In this document: positions 16,313 through 25,953 of the stretch, piece by piece
How the letters are laid out: the number at the start of each line of letters is the position of its first letter
Numbering within the stretch: position 1 is the first letter of the stretch
IMG/VR virus record: IMGVR_UViG_3300033149_002886
Coordinates: 1 to 29,867 of that record
Source: a virus
Lineage: Duplodnaviria > Caudoviricetes
Length of the DNA stretch: 29,867 nt
Direction: 5' to 3' (one strand)
Notes under the pieces: model-generated
Told to the model about the DNA's origin: nothing
What the model saw: the letters and a program-made list of their open reading frames with translations, nothing else
Database searches by the model: none
Position numbers and translations under genes: made by a program

Positions 16313-16657
16313 ATGGGACTTCTAAACTACATTCCTATCATAGGCGACTTAATAAACAAAGGTCATGATCTAGCATCTCAAGCTATAACTGACAAGGACA
16401 AACTCAATGAGATGCAAAAGGTTCTCTTGGAGCTCCAGGAGAAAACAAAGGAATCTATATACCTTGCAGAGCTAGGAACCAAGACTATCCCATGGATAGA
16501 TGGTCTCCATAAGATGGGAAGACAGATCTTAAATCTCCTAACAATCGTGGCTGTTGTAGTACTCCTCCTAAATGGAACATCTATTACTCCCGAAGTCGCT
16601 TTAATCCTCGGAGGTCCTAACGCCATCTATCAATTTGTCAAGGGTAAAGGGAAATAG
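16313..16657 (+). CDS. holin (GTA 3TM-like)
   Basis: Directly after the endolysin. IPIIG..I...D..ITDKD N-terminus and C-terminal TM helices. Confidence 0.75.
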   Translation: MGLLNYIPIIGDLINKGHDLASQAITDKDKLNEMQKVLLELQEKTKESIYLAELGTKTIPWIDGLHKMGRQILNLLTIVAVVVLLLNGTSITPEVALILGGPNAIYQFVKGKGK

Positions 16658-16680
16658 ATAATTAAATAATTTAACCATCT
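16656..16680. repeat. 25-bp palindromic site, copy 9
   Basis: AGATAATTAAATAATTTAACCATCT. Fills the holin-GT junction. Confidence 0.95.
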
Positions 16681-16681
16681 T

Positions 16682-17689
16682 ATGAAGAAACTCTCCATCA
16701 TCATAGCCAATCGCAACGACACAGCGATGCTCTCTGTCACCGTCAACAGCTGCATCGAGGAACTCCGCCCTCTTGGCCTCAACAACTGCGAAATCATTAT
16801 CTGTGACAACTCAGACTCTGCAGTCTACAAGCAACTCTCTAGCTGTCTCCCTATCAAATATATCAAAGACAATCTCCTCAAAGTCACTCGACAGAACTTC
16901 CCTTGTCTCTTCACAGCCCGAGAAACAGCTGCCAAACACGCCTCAGGCACTTACATCTGCTGCATCGACTCTCACATGGTCATAGGCAGAGATATGTTTG
17001 TTGATCTAGTTAAGTTCATGGATGAAAGAAAAGATGACTCAACTCTGGGCTTTGCTCATGCTCCTCTCCGCTGGGCTCATCATCACGAATCCAACGCTGT
17101 CCACGATCGAGACATGTCAATCAACGAACTCGGAGATTGGAACAAGTCATACAAAACTCCTCGCACCATAACTTGGAAAGGCATCCCTTGGATCTGCAGA
17201 CGAGAATGGTTCTTGGACAAAGAAAATGGTCTCGGCGGCTACGGATCATTATCAGAACATCGCATCTCTTGGGGTGGTGGAGATATGCACATAGGTATTA
17301 AACCTTGGCTCCTTGGATTCAAGAATTGGGCAGTGCCGACTAACTCTGCTATTCACATAGGCCCTTTCCCAAAACTTAACAGATCCTCAGATTCCTCAGT
17401 AACAGCTGACTCAGCTCCTGGCAACGGTTATCGCTATCGTCTTTATGGAAACTCAGGCAATTATCCTCACGCTTTCGGCTTTCTCGTTTCTTGCTACGTT
17501 CTAGGTGGAGAAAAAATGATGTCTCGTAATAAAAAGATGATCTCTGAGCGCTTCGGCCGCTATATAGATATTGACAAGTGGTGGTTCAAAGCTATGGAGG
17601 TCGGACAAGGCGAAAAAGCATGGCTTGATGATAGAAAAATAATGACTTTTGAGCAACTCCTCGAAAGGAAACCTTGGGATGAAACATAA
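16682..17689 (+). CDS. GT2-like (GT-A fold) glycosyltransferase
   Basis: LSIIIANRND, EIIICDNSD, AR..A...A.G.Y..CIDSH and WGGGD. Confidence 0.85.
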   Translation: MKKLSIIIANRNDTAMLSVTVNSCIEELRPLGLNNCEIIICDNSDSAVYKQLSSCLPIKYIKDNLLKVTRQNFPCLFTARETAAKHASGTYICCIDSHMVIGRDMFVDLVKFMDERKDDSTLGFAHAPLRWAHHHESNAVHDRDMSINELGDWNKSYKTPRTITWKGIPWICRREWFLDKENGLGGYGSLSEHRISWGGGDMHIGIKPWLLGFKNWAVPTNSAIHIGPFPKLNRSSDSSVTADSAPGNGYRYRLYGNSGNYPHAFGFLVSCYVLGGEKMMSRNKKMISERFGRYIDIDKWWFKAMEVGQGEKAWLDDRKIMTFEQLLERKPWDET

Positions 17690-17837
17690 GTTAGTAGTCA
17701 CTCCAGCAATTGACATAGCCCACAGGCACAAGATAGTTGATCTTCTGGAGTCCCTGGGCTATAATGTTACAGCAACTGGTCAGCATGTGGATGACTCTGA
17801 GTGCGACATATCTTTTGAAGACACCGGAGATAATTAA
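17679..17837 (+). CDS. small hypothetical protein
   Basis: MKHKLVVTP...; its stop lies inside palindrome copy 10. Confidence 0.5.
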   Translation: MKHKLVVTPAIDIAHRHKIVDLLESLGYNVTATGQHVDDSECDISFEDTGDN

Positions 17838-17852
17838 ATAATTTAATGGACT
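17828..17852. repeat. 25-bp palindromic site, copy 10
   Basis: AGATAATTAAATAATTTAATGGACT. Contains a TAA stop and the ATG of the next GT. Confidence 0.9.
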
Positions 17853-19354
17853 ATTCAATCATCATACCTTACCAACATCACCCAGAGCGGGAACCTCTAT
17901 TCTACGCTTGCTTAGAAAACCTCTTGCAGCTCTGCAGGGATTTCGAAATCTGCATCCACGAGACAGGTTCATCTAAACACCTCAATCTCCCCTCCAAGTG
18001 CAAATACCTCTTCACCGAATACTCAGGCATCTTCCACCGTGCTTGGTCATTTAACAGAGCAGCCAAAAAACTCCCGACTCGCAACAATCTCATCTTGATG
18101 GACTGTGACCTCATCGTAACACCTGAGTGGGTCTCCGAAGTAACTCAAGTCACCGAACCAACAGTTGGCTGGGGAAAACTCCACTGGCTCAGTGAGCAAG
18201 ATACAGCAACTTACCTTAGGACGAAGCAACTTAGCTCTGTAACTCCAATTCGCACCAAGACTCCTTCAATAGGATCTGCTGCAGGAGCTATAACAATAAT
18301 CCCTGCAAACATCTTCCACGATCTAAAGGGAATTCCTGAAGACTTCTACGGCTCCTGGGGAGGCGAAGACAATGTCTTTTGGTGCAAACTTTCCCAATTC
18401 GGATACAAATTTAAATCTCTAAACTGCACAGTCTATCACCTCCACCACTCAAAGACAACCCCTCAAATTCGAGGGATTCAAAAGAAAGCTCTGCCAATGT
18501 TCTATTGGAATCAATCTCAATGGGAATCTCACATAGAGCAGTCTTCAGAGACTTGGGGATCTGAGGTTCCAGCTCCTCCTGCTGACACTGAATATCTGAT
18601 GGAAAAAAGTGACGCCAAACTCACAATAGCAATGCTCTCCTGGCTGAGGCCTGAAAAACTAATCAAGACATTAACTTCTCTCGATGAAACTCTAACTATC
18701 CCAATCAACCTCGTCTTGATGGTTCAGGGTTCTGAATCCCTCTCGAACGAACACAGAAAAGTCATAAAAGAACTATCTAACAGATTCTACCGCTCCGATG
18801 TATTCTTCACTCAAGGAAACATTGGAACTGGCCCTGCTCGCTATCATCTACAGATGAGGGCTCTTAACAGATTTCAATCTCCTTACTTGAACTTCGGAGA
18901 CGACGATACTACCTACACAAAAGGATCTATAGAGGCTGCAATTGAGTTGCTGGAAAAAGATCGTTCAATAGGAGTTGTTGGAATAAGGTACAAACCAAGC
19001 GTCTACAAACTAGACTACCACCTCAATCCAAAAACCCTGCTCCCAGTTCAAGCAAGATCATCTATCGAATACGTAGATTCAACTGGCTCTGCTTCAGCAA
19101 TAATCCGCCGAGAGGTCTTCGACCTCTGCTCCGTCGATGGTGAGTACAAACTCGGCCAGTGGGACCTTGATCTCTTCCTCCAAGCTCGCTCTGTTGGATG
19201 GAGGATAGTGAACTATCAAGCATTTGGTGGAATGAAGGCTATCAATAACTGGGGTGGTTCCAAGGAATATCGCTCTGGAAGAATGAATAGAAAAGAGATA
19301 AACAAGTCAATAGCAAGGTTCAAACAGAAGTGGGGGTTACTAAGGGCAGCATGA
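17846..19354 (+). CDS. two-domain glycosyltransferase (GT2/GT7C-like plus GT2-like)
   Basis: Domain 1: SIIIPY, FHRAWSFN, DCD, WGGED, HLHH. Domain 2: LTIAMLSW.R, NIGTGPAR, GDDD, WDLDL. Confidence 0.88.
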   Translation: MDYSIIIPYQHHPEREPLFYACLENLLQLCRDFEICIHETGSSKHLNLPSKCKYLFTEYSGIFHRAWSFNRAAKKLPTRNNLILMDCDLIVTPEWVSEVTQVTEPTVGWGKLHWLSEQDTATYLRTKQLSSVTPIRTKTPSIGSAAGAITIIPANIFHDLKGIPEDFYGSWGGEDNVFWCKLSQFGYKFKSLNCTVYHLHHSKTTPQIRGIQKKALPMFYWNQSQWESHIEQSSETWGSEVPAPPADTEYLMEKSDAKLTIAMLSWLRPEKLIKTLTSLDETLTIPINLVLMVQGSESLSNEHRKVIKELSNRFYRSDVFFTQGNIGTGPARYHLQMRALNRFQSPYLNFGDDDTTYTKGSIEAAIELLEKDRSIGVVGIRYKPSVYKLDYHLNPKTLLPVQARSSIEYVDSTGSASAIIRREVFDLCSVDGEYKLGQWDLDLFLQARSVGWRIVNYQAFGGMKAINNWGGSKEYRSGRMNRKEINKSIARFKQKWGLLRAA

Positions 19355-20492
19355 GAATCCTCTGGTTAACAGTCAATCGTTCACATCGCATAGCTCATCA
19401 CTTTGATGACTTTCGCAGAACTGTCTCTGAGCTCCCCGAAGTGGAAGTAGTGACTTTAATGAAATCTCTCGCAGGTGATCGAACATGTGGCAGCTATCAC
19501 GTAACCTCATATCAGGCAAACTTGTTCCAGATAACATAGTCATGGACTATCTTGTCAGTGACAATGAGTTTGACTTCATCTTCTGCGATGCCTTCTTCGC
19601 ATATCTCAACGAAGACTGGACACACTTCAACATTCCATCATCTATCTTCATCGAAGACGTACATCAGGAAGTTCCTAAACATCAAATCGAGAAAGCCTAC
19701 GAACTAGGAATCAAAACTATCTTCCACCGCTTCAACTTCGCTTTTCACAGATATCATCCGGAAGCTCGCTTCAAATTCAACTGCATCTGGCTGCCTCACT
19801 CTGTAAGAATGGATCGCTATGTTGATCATCTTTCTAAATCAATAGATGTTCTCCACGTGGGCGTGCATCCACAAGAATTCTATCCGTATCGCTATTCTGT
19901 GGTCGAACAGCTAAGAGACAAAAGCTACTTCACTGTAATCGAAAGACCAAAGGACACTCCTGGAGTCCCTCGTGACGGCAAGTGGCCCATTGATCGTGAC
20001 TATGACAACCTCCTGCAAAAATCAAAGATAACCATAACTGGCGGCTCTATCTTTAATGCTCCAGTCCAAAAATATGTAGAGATTCCAGCTGCTAATTCAC
20101 TCTTAATGTCTAACTGGTTCCTAGATCTCGGCTTAATGGGCTTTTTGCCAGGTACTAACATGGTAGCTTATCATAAGGAAACTGTGGTTGAAACAGTCGA
20201 GAGTCTTCTTAAGGATGAGGAGAAAATCAAGCGTATTTCGAACAATGGTCATAATCTAATTTTAATGAAGCATACTTCTGAGATCAGAGCTAAGCAATTC
20301 ATCAACTTCATCTGTAATATTATCGGTAGGAATACTTACTACGACGTTGAACCTTGCTCATTTCAAGTATGCTTCAAACCTCGTGATCAGATAGAGAAAA
20401 AACAGGTGGCAAGAACTCCTAAAAAACAACGAGTTGTAAGAAGAGTAGCCGGAACAGATTGGCGCTCAAGGATCAAACAGGCTAACTTATGA
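19351..20492 (+). CDS. GT-B glycosyltransferase (CgeB / Glyco_trans_1_2-like), frame broken near 19480
   Basis: MRILWL start is coupled to the previous stop. IEDVH, WLPHSV, Y..LL.KSKI, KYVEIPA and G..LI..KHT...RA lie in the -1 frame (19485..20492). Confidence 0.78.
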
Positions 20493-21088
20493 ACGAAATT
20501 AACACAGCAGAACTCTACAACGACAAATACTGTGCTCGTATAGATGCGAAGGAGTGGAGATTCAAAGTAACTCCGCAGACTGTCAAAATCATCTATAATC
20601 ATTTCAAACCAGAGTCAGTCATAGACATCGGCTGTGCTAACGGAATACACCTTAAGGCATTCAAAGATCTTGGTGTGAAGCGGTTACTAGGAATCGAAGG
20701 AACTCCTTCATGGGCTCCTTACATCGAGAAGCATTTCGGAGACCAATACGTAATAGCAGACCTCCGCAAACCTCTGCTGGTCGGCCCTAAATTCGACCTA
20801 GTCTTTTGCATGGAAGTCCTCGAGCATATCGAAGAAGAGTTCGCTGATCAAGCTGTAAAAAACCTCTGTTCTTTCGGTCACACAATCTGCTGCTCTGCTT
20901 GCCCTATCAAGGGCGGCTTTCATCACCTCAATCCTCAACCTAAGGAATATTGGATTGAGAAATTTGAAAAACAGGAATTCAAATATTGCGGCGACGAAGT
21001 AGAAACACTTCAATCAAAGTTCCAAAACATCAGATGCTCAGGTTGGTATAAGACTGGGCTCAAGGTGTTTAGAAAGATAATTAAATAA
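20489..21088 (+). CDS. class I SAM-dependent methyltransferase
   Basis: VIDIGCANG, FDLVFCMEVLEHI and GG.HH.N.QP..YW; glycan-associated MTase type. Confidence 0.9.
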   Translation: MNEINTAELYNDKYCARIDAKEWRFKVTPQTVKIIYNHFKPESVIDIGCANGIHLKAFKDLGVKRLLGIEGTPSWAPYIEKHFGDQYVIADLRKPLLVGPKFDLVFCMEVLEHIEEEFADQAVKNLCSFGHTICCSACPIKGGFHHLNPQPKEYWIEKFEKQEFKYCGDEVETLQSKFQNIRCSGWYKTGLKVFRKIIK

Positions 21089-21099
21089 TTTAATTAACT
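21075..21099. repeat. 25-bp palindromic site, copy 11
   Basis: AGATAATTAAATAATTTAATTAACT. Encodes the last codons and stop of the MTase. Confidence 0.95.
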
Positions 21100-21110
21100 G
21101 GAGTAAGAGC

Positions 21111-23390
21111 ATGAAAAAATTTCTAATATCGATCCTGATGGTTCTAGCACTCTGCATCCCTGCAACTACAAGTGCTGAGTTCTTCAGTGACATCATAGTA
21201 ACCTCTCCAGATGGAATCTGGACTGACGAACGTGCTTATTCATCTCTCGAAGATGCAATTTCTGCTGTAGCCTACAGCGGCCAACTAACAATCAACACTG
21301 CTAACATCTCAGCTCCCGATCAACCTATCTTCAATCCAACTGGTTCGGGCGAAGCTGACTTTGCTCGTGGCACTGAGCTCCGTTCAGCCTGGTTCGACAA
21401 TCTTAACGAGATGTTTGATCAGACTGTTGACAACTACGTAACAGTCATCATCAATAGTGGTTGGACGGCTGGTGTAACTGCTGATGCAACAGTCGGTGAC
21501 AATGTAACTCTCAAATGGGAAGGGCCTGGTCAGCGAATCGTAGTCAACTCTGGTTTCACTCTCTCAAATGTCAAGAATATCTCTGCAGGGAGCCATAGGA
21601 TCTTCGGCGGCTCTGGAGATATTGACTTCAAGACTGGTTCAGTTCTACGAACTTCTTGGTTCGACAGCTTCAGGTCTGCTGTGTCGTATGTTGATGACGA
21701 AGATGTTGATTTAACGTTGGTCATTGATGGAGTATGCACTGTTGATACTAATACAACCATTGATCAGTACATCAACCTCCAGTTCGAAAACGGTACCCTC
21801 CTCTCCCCTGCTGCTGGGGTGACGGTGACGATTTACTCTCCTAACAACATCATTGCCCAATCTAGTCAACATATATTTGCTGGAGATGGAAGCATAAACT
21901 TTTCTACTGCTATGGGAACTGCGTGGGTGGATTGGTGGGGGCCTCCACGTACAAGCGGCTCTGACGATGCATTAGCTATTCAAAGTGCACTAAATTCTGG
22001 TGCTAGAAAGGTAGGTATGTTGGCAGGGAATTATTATGTTTCCACACCTGTTGAAATATCTGTTAGCGATTCCAGCCTGTTTGGTCAAGGTATGTACATA
22101 ACTGTCATCAATGCAAATAGCGACTTTGCTCAAGGATCAGCAGATGCAAAGTCTGCTATTTGGCTAAATAATGGTGCTGATTATATAAATATTGAAAGGC
22201 TACGGTTCGTTCTTGGGGCGGGTGTAGGGAGTGAGTATGTAGATCATGCCATCTATGCCTTAGGTGATTCTGGCCATCAGGAGCTTGACATCAACCATAT
22301 TTCAGTAGCATATGCAGCATCATGGGCGTTGCAGGTATCATGCTATCTATCTGAGTTCTCCCATATCAGAGTAGCAAACTCTCCTGGGATATGGGTAGGT
22401 AAGCATAATGCCAGTTCAACTGAGGGGACGAATATAACTTTTCGCAATTGTTACGTTGTTCAAAACTCTCAATCATCGACAAAGAATGCTTATAAAGTTT
22501 CTATCGTTGCTGGGTACAGTTTGACTGCCTGCGCTGCTGATTATTGCAACATTTTTCTTACTGTTGACAACGCTAGTACTGGAAAAATAGACGGCTGTGA
22601 TGGAGAATATAACCGGCAAATCCTGTCACAAACAGGTATAATTTCTGGATGCGTGATTTCTGGCAGTAGATTTTTTTCTACCGGGGATAGTGGTGGGTCG
22701 CCCTCTGATGCGATCTTTAATTATTATGGGAATTTGTCCTTAACGGGGACTTATGTACATCTTGCTTCGGGTGGAGCTGGGAGTGCATATACGTACTTTT
22801 TTAAAGAAACCTCATCCACGAGAAGCTTACAGGTGAGTGGTCTTACAGTTGAACTTTCTGGAGTTGGTATTGTAGATCCTATAAATGACACAACAAACTG
22901 TCCTAACTTAATGGCGGCGGAAGCTATACATATTCACCCAGAGCATGATCCGTTTGGGAAAATTACATTGTCTGCTGCACAATCTATAAATACAGGAACG
23001 GAAACTAAGATTCTGTGGGACTCGTCTGTAGAAAACTTTCAGGATAATGAAAATCTTACAGAAGGCGAGTTTTGCATTCTAAGTAACGTTAGAGGCGTTT
23101 ATGAGATTTCTGCTCTTGTCACGCTGGATGACGTTGGCGCCGGCAAGACTGGCGTGCTTAAAATATACAGGGAAGAAAGCGGAGCGGATACACTTCTAGG
23201 TCAGGTTACTGTAACTAACTCTGTTGCTGCGGACATGACTTTATACTTAAAGATACTTTATAAGATGGGCGTAAGTAGATCCTATTATGTCACTGTCGAA
23301 CATGATCATGGAAGTGCGAGAAATGTACTATCTAGTTCGGCATATGGTTATTTTCAAATCCGCCGTATTATGCCTTATGTAGGTCGATAA
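21111..23390 (+). CDS. tailspike-like beta-helix (pectate-lyase-like) protein with N-terminal signal peptide
   Basis: DDALAIQSALN...G.Y.V......L.G.G beta-helix start. Three N-terminal repeats NI.A....IF...G...F......W[FW]. Beta-sandwich C-terminus. Signal-like MKKFLISILMVLALCIPATTSA. Confidence 0.75.
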   Translation: MKKFLISILMVLALCIPATTSAEFFSDIIVTSPDGIWTDERAYSSLEDAISAVAYSGQLTINTANISAPDQPIFNPTGSGEADFARGTELRSAWFDNLNEMFDQTVDNYVTVIINSGWTAGVTADATVGDNVTLKWEGPGQRIVVNSGFTLSNVKNISAGSHRIFGGSGDIDFKTGSVLRTSWFDSFRSAVSYVDDEDVDLTLVIDGVCTVDTNTTIDQYINLQFENGTLLSPAAGVTVTIYSPNNIIAQSSQHIFAGDGSINFSTAMGTAWVDWWGPPRTSGSDDALAIQSALNSGARKVGMLAGNYYVSTPVEISVSDSSLFGQGMYITVINANSDFAQGSADAKSAIWLNNGADYINIERLRFVLGAGVGSEYVDHAIYALGDSGHQELDINHISVAYAASWALQVSCYLSEFSHIRVANSPGIWVGKHNASSTEGTNITFRNCYVVQNSQSSTKNAYKVSIVAGYSLTACAADYCNIFLTVDNASTGKIDGCDGEYNRQILSQTGIISGCVISGSRFFSTGDSGGSPSDAIFNYYGNLSLTGTYVHLASGGAGSAYTYFFKETSSTRSLQVSGLTVELSGVGIVDPINDTTNCPNLMAAEAIHIHPEHDPFGKITLSAAQSINTGTETKILWDSSVENFQDNENLTEGEFCILSNVRGVYEISALVTLDDVGAGKTGVLKIYREESGADTLLGQVTVTNSVAADMTLYLKILYKMGVSRSYYVTVEHDHGSARNVLSSSAYGYFQIRRIMPYVGR

Positions 23391-23397
23391 GATTTGA

Positions 23398-24954
23398 ATG
23401 GACAGAGAAACTTCTCAAATTCTATCTATCTGTTCCGTTTCAACTGAGATGGTAGCTAAGACGTTCTTCCCAGAGCGCTTTCATCTACCTTTTGCAAGGG
23501 AAGTCCATGGGAAGATCTTTGATCTCATAGATGGATCTGCTAACAAAGTAGCAATTGCAGCCCCTCGTGGTTGGGGAAAGACCTCGATAGTTGCGCTGGC
23601 TCTTATGGCCAGATATATATTATTCAGACACTGCTCGTTCATAGTCTACATCAACAAAAGCCACGATGCTGCTAGTCTGCAGACTGAGAATCTGAGGCGT
23701 GAACTTGTAACTAACAGGATGGTCAAGTATTTCTTCGGGGACTTTAAACAAAGAGGAGTTAACAAAGCAGAATTCGACGAGGTATTCAGCAAGAAAGCTT
23801 GGGTTGCCTACAATACTCTCGTCTGGCCTCGTGGTGCTGGACAGCAGGTTCGAGGGGTGCTATTTAAGAACGATCGTCCTGGATTAATCGTAATAGATGA
23901 TCTCGAGGATCCTGACAAAATAGAGAACGACGAAATAAGGGCTAGCTGGTATCAGTGGCTATATGCAGATGTGATTAAGGCAGTTCCGAGGATAGGTGAG
24001 ATGGCTAACAGATATAAGATAGTCTACATTGACACTCTAAAACATGAAGACTCTGTGCTTCAGAAACTCCTTGACTCTCCAGAGTGGGAAAGTGTGCGCC
24101 TCGAAGCTTGCGATGATGATCTTAATCCGACTGCTCCGGAATTTATGTCCAAGGAGGACATAGAAAAAGAGTGGCAAACTCACGTTGATGCTGGGCAAAC
24201 TGATGTATTCTTTCGAGAGCTGCGTAATCTCCCTATATCTACAAAAGATTCTGCTTTTCAGCAAGAATACTTCAAATACTACAATCTACCTCCAGAGCGA
24301 GGCTTCAGGGAAAATGTTGACTTGAAGTTGACAGATGCAGATGTCCAGCTCAATCAGCACATTGAAACAGTGGTGTTGCTAGACCCTGCTAAAACAGTCA
24401 AAATTCACTCTGCTGAGACAGCAATAGTAGGTGTAGGGATAGACCTCAATAGCGCAAGGCTCTATGTCAGAGATGCAATCTCAGAAAAACTCTATCCTGA
24501 CGAAATCTATAATGCTCTCTTTCAGATGGCTATCTCCCTCGATGCAAAGGTAATAGGGATTGAAGAAACATCTCTCAGCGAGTTCATCAAGCAGCCTATC
24601 AAGAATGAGATGTTCAGACGAGGGAAGTTCTTTGAACTGGTCTGGTTGAAAGCCAGAGGAGGCATGAAAGGGGAAAAAGGGAAAGCCCTCAGAATAAAGG
24701 AACTAGTTCCTTACTATCGTCAGGGCTATATTTACCATAATGCTTCATGTCAGACGATAAAAAAGTTAGAACAACAACTCTTAATGTTTCCTCGCTCAGC
24801 TCTATGGGACTTGATGGACTGTCTAGCCTATGTAATTGAGATGCTAGAGCTCGGCGAGAGATACTTTAGTCCAACCGAGGATCCTCATGACATTGAAGCT
24901 GAATACAGAGAACTAGAATACGAGGATCCTATCAGCAATTGGAGATACGCATAA
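23398..24954 (+). CDS. terL: terminase large subunit
   Basis: APRGWGKTS (Walker A), GQQVRG, RPGLIVIDDLED (Walker B), nuclease LDPA, IEE and DLMD.LAY. Confidence 0.93.
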   Translation: MDRETSQILSICSVSTEMVAKTFFPERFHLPFAREVHGKIFDLIDGSANKVAIAAPRGWGKTSIVALALMARYILFRHCSFIVYINKSHDAASLQTENLRRELVTNRMVKYFFGDFKQRGVNKAEFDEVFSKKAWVAYNTLVWPRGAGQQVRGVLFKNDRPGLIVIDDLEDPDKIENDEIRASWYQWLYADVIKAVPRIGEMANRYKIVYIDTLKHEDSVLQKLLDSPEWESVRLEACDDDLNPTAPEFMSKEDIEKEWQTHVDAGQTDVFFRELRNLPISTKDSAFQQEYFKYYNLPPERGFRENVDLKLTDADVQLNQHIETVVLLDPAKTVKIHSAETAIVGVGIDLNSARLYVRDAISEKLYPDEIYNALFQMAISLDAKVIGIEETSLSEFIKQPIKNEMFRRGKFFELVWLKARGGMKGEKGKALRIKELVPYYRQGYIYHNASCQTIKKLEQQLLMFPRSALWDLMDCLAYVIEMLELGERYFSPTEDPHDIEAEYRELEYEDPISNWRYA

Positions 24955-25133
24955 TGGCTAACGAACTATGTCATGAGCACTCTGGAGTATGTGCTAGGAT
25001 AGAGAAGCTGGAGGATGATGTGAGAACACTATTCAGCAAATGGGATGGTAATCAGAAACTGTTGTTGGGAACTTTGGTATCAACTATAACATCGCTCTTA
25101 GGTGTTATATTTCTACTGTTGAAATCAAGTTGA
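24954..25133 (+). CDS. small coiled-coil plus C-terminal TM protein
   Basis: MANELCHEHSG..ARIEKLE...LLGVIFLLL; TAATG coupling to terL. Confidence 0.7.
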   Translation: MANELCHEHSGVCARIEKLEDDVRTLFSKWDGNQKLLLGTLVSTITSLLGVIFLLLKSS

Positions 25134-25152
25134 TTAAATTATTTAATTATCT
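25128..25152. repeat. 25-bp palindromic site, copy 12 (inverted orientation)
   Basis: AGTTGATTAAATTATTTAATTATCT. Contains a TGA stop. Confidence 0.95.
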
Positions 25153-25161
25153 GGTTGAGAG

Positions 25162-25953
25162 ATGGCTTTAAGACAATTCAGAATAGGCAGCTTTCCCGAT
25201 GCTCTTCAATATGACGATGCAGACTATGATGCTGCCATCGAGACAGATCACTTTATCAAGAGTACACAAGCTCCTGTGGCCAACGAAGACATGGTGCGTC
25301 TAGGTGATCTGCCAGCTGGAGCACCTAGCAACCTTGTAACTTCGGGTGCAACCATACCTGACAATGCACTTGTTCGTGGAGATGGTGGTGGTAGAGGAAT
25401 TCAGCAGGTTCCTAATGTAACAGCTGATGACAACGGGCAGTTCACTCTAGCTGGGAATGCAAGAATTAAACACCGCATCTGGATACCTGCCAACGGAATC
25501 CAAGCTGCTGGCTCTAAACCTGCATCTCTCGTAGTCGTAGGTGTATCAGTCTGTTGGGAGTTTGTGGTGACATCTGATAAGCAGATTCTGATAATATTTC
25601 CTATACCTATGGATGTTGACAGGTCTCATGATATGACTGTTCACATAGGATGGTTCTCTGCTGACAACAACGTTACTCACGTGGCCAACTGGGAGCTCGA
25701 ATATAAACTAGTCGAGCCTGATGAAGATGTAACTGGGGCTGCTGATGGAACTCTCGATGCTTCACCTAATCCCAGTTCAACTTCTAACGGAATGGTCTTA
25801 ACGTCACTCGGAGACATTACAGTTGGAGCCGACGACATAACTCTCCATGCAAACTTGATCCTGGACGTAAGCGACAGTACCATCTCATCAAGCGCTTTCC
25901 TCTCAGGCATCTGCATGGATTATGTAGCTAACAAGTTTGGAGGGGCTATCTAA
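25162..25953 (+). CDS. putative virion structural / fibre protein
   Basis: Beta-rich and acidic, DNALVRGDG fibre-like motif, located between terL and portal. Confidence 0.6.
   Translation: MALRQFRIGSFPDALQYDDADYDAAIETDHFIKSTQAPVANEDMVRLGDLPAGAPSNLVTSGATIPDNALVRGDGGGRGIQQVPNVTADDNGQFTLAGNARIKHRIWIPANGIQAAGSKPASLVVVGVSVCWEFVVTSDKQILIIFPIPMDVDRSHDMTVHIGWFSADNNVTHVANWELEYKLVEPDEDVTGAADGTLDASPNPSSTSNGMVLTSLGDITVGADDITLHANLILDVSDSTISSSAFLSGICMDYVANKFGGAI

Noticed and set aside
747-25152. Palindromic repeats as a CRISPR array, dif/pdif sites or intrinsic terminators
   Set aside because: Copies are 0.7-5 kb apart with whole genes between them, do not match the XerC/D consensus, and are AT-rich without a GC stem or U tail.
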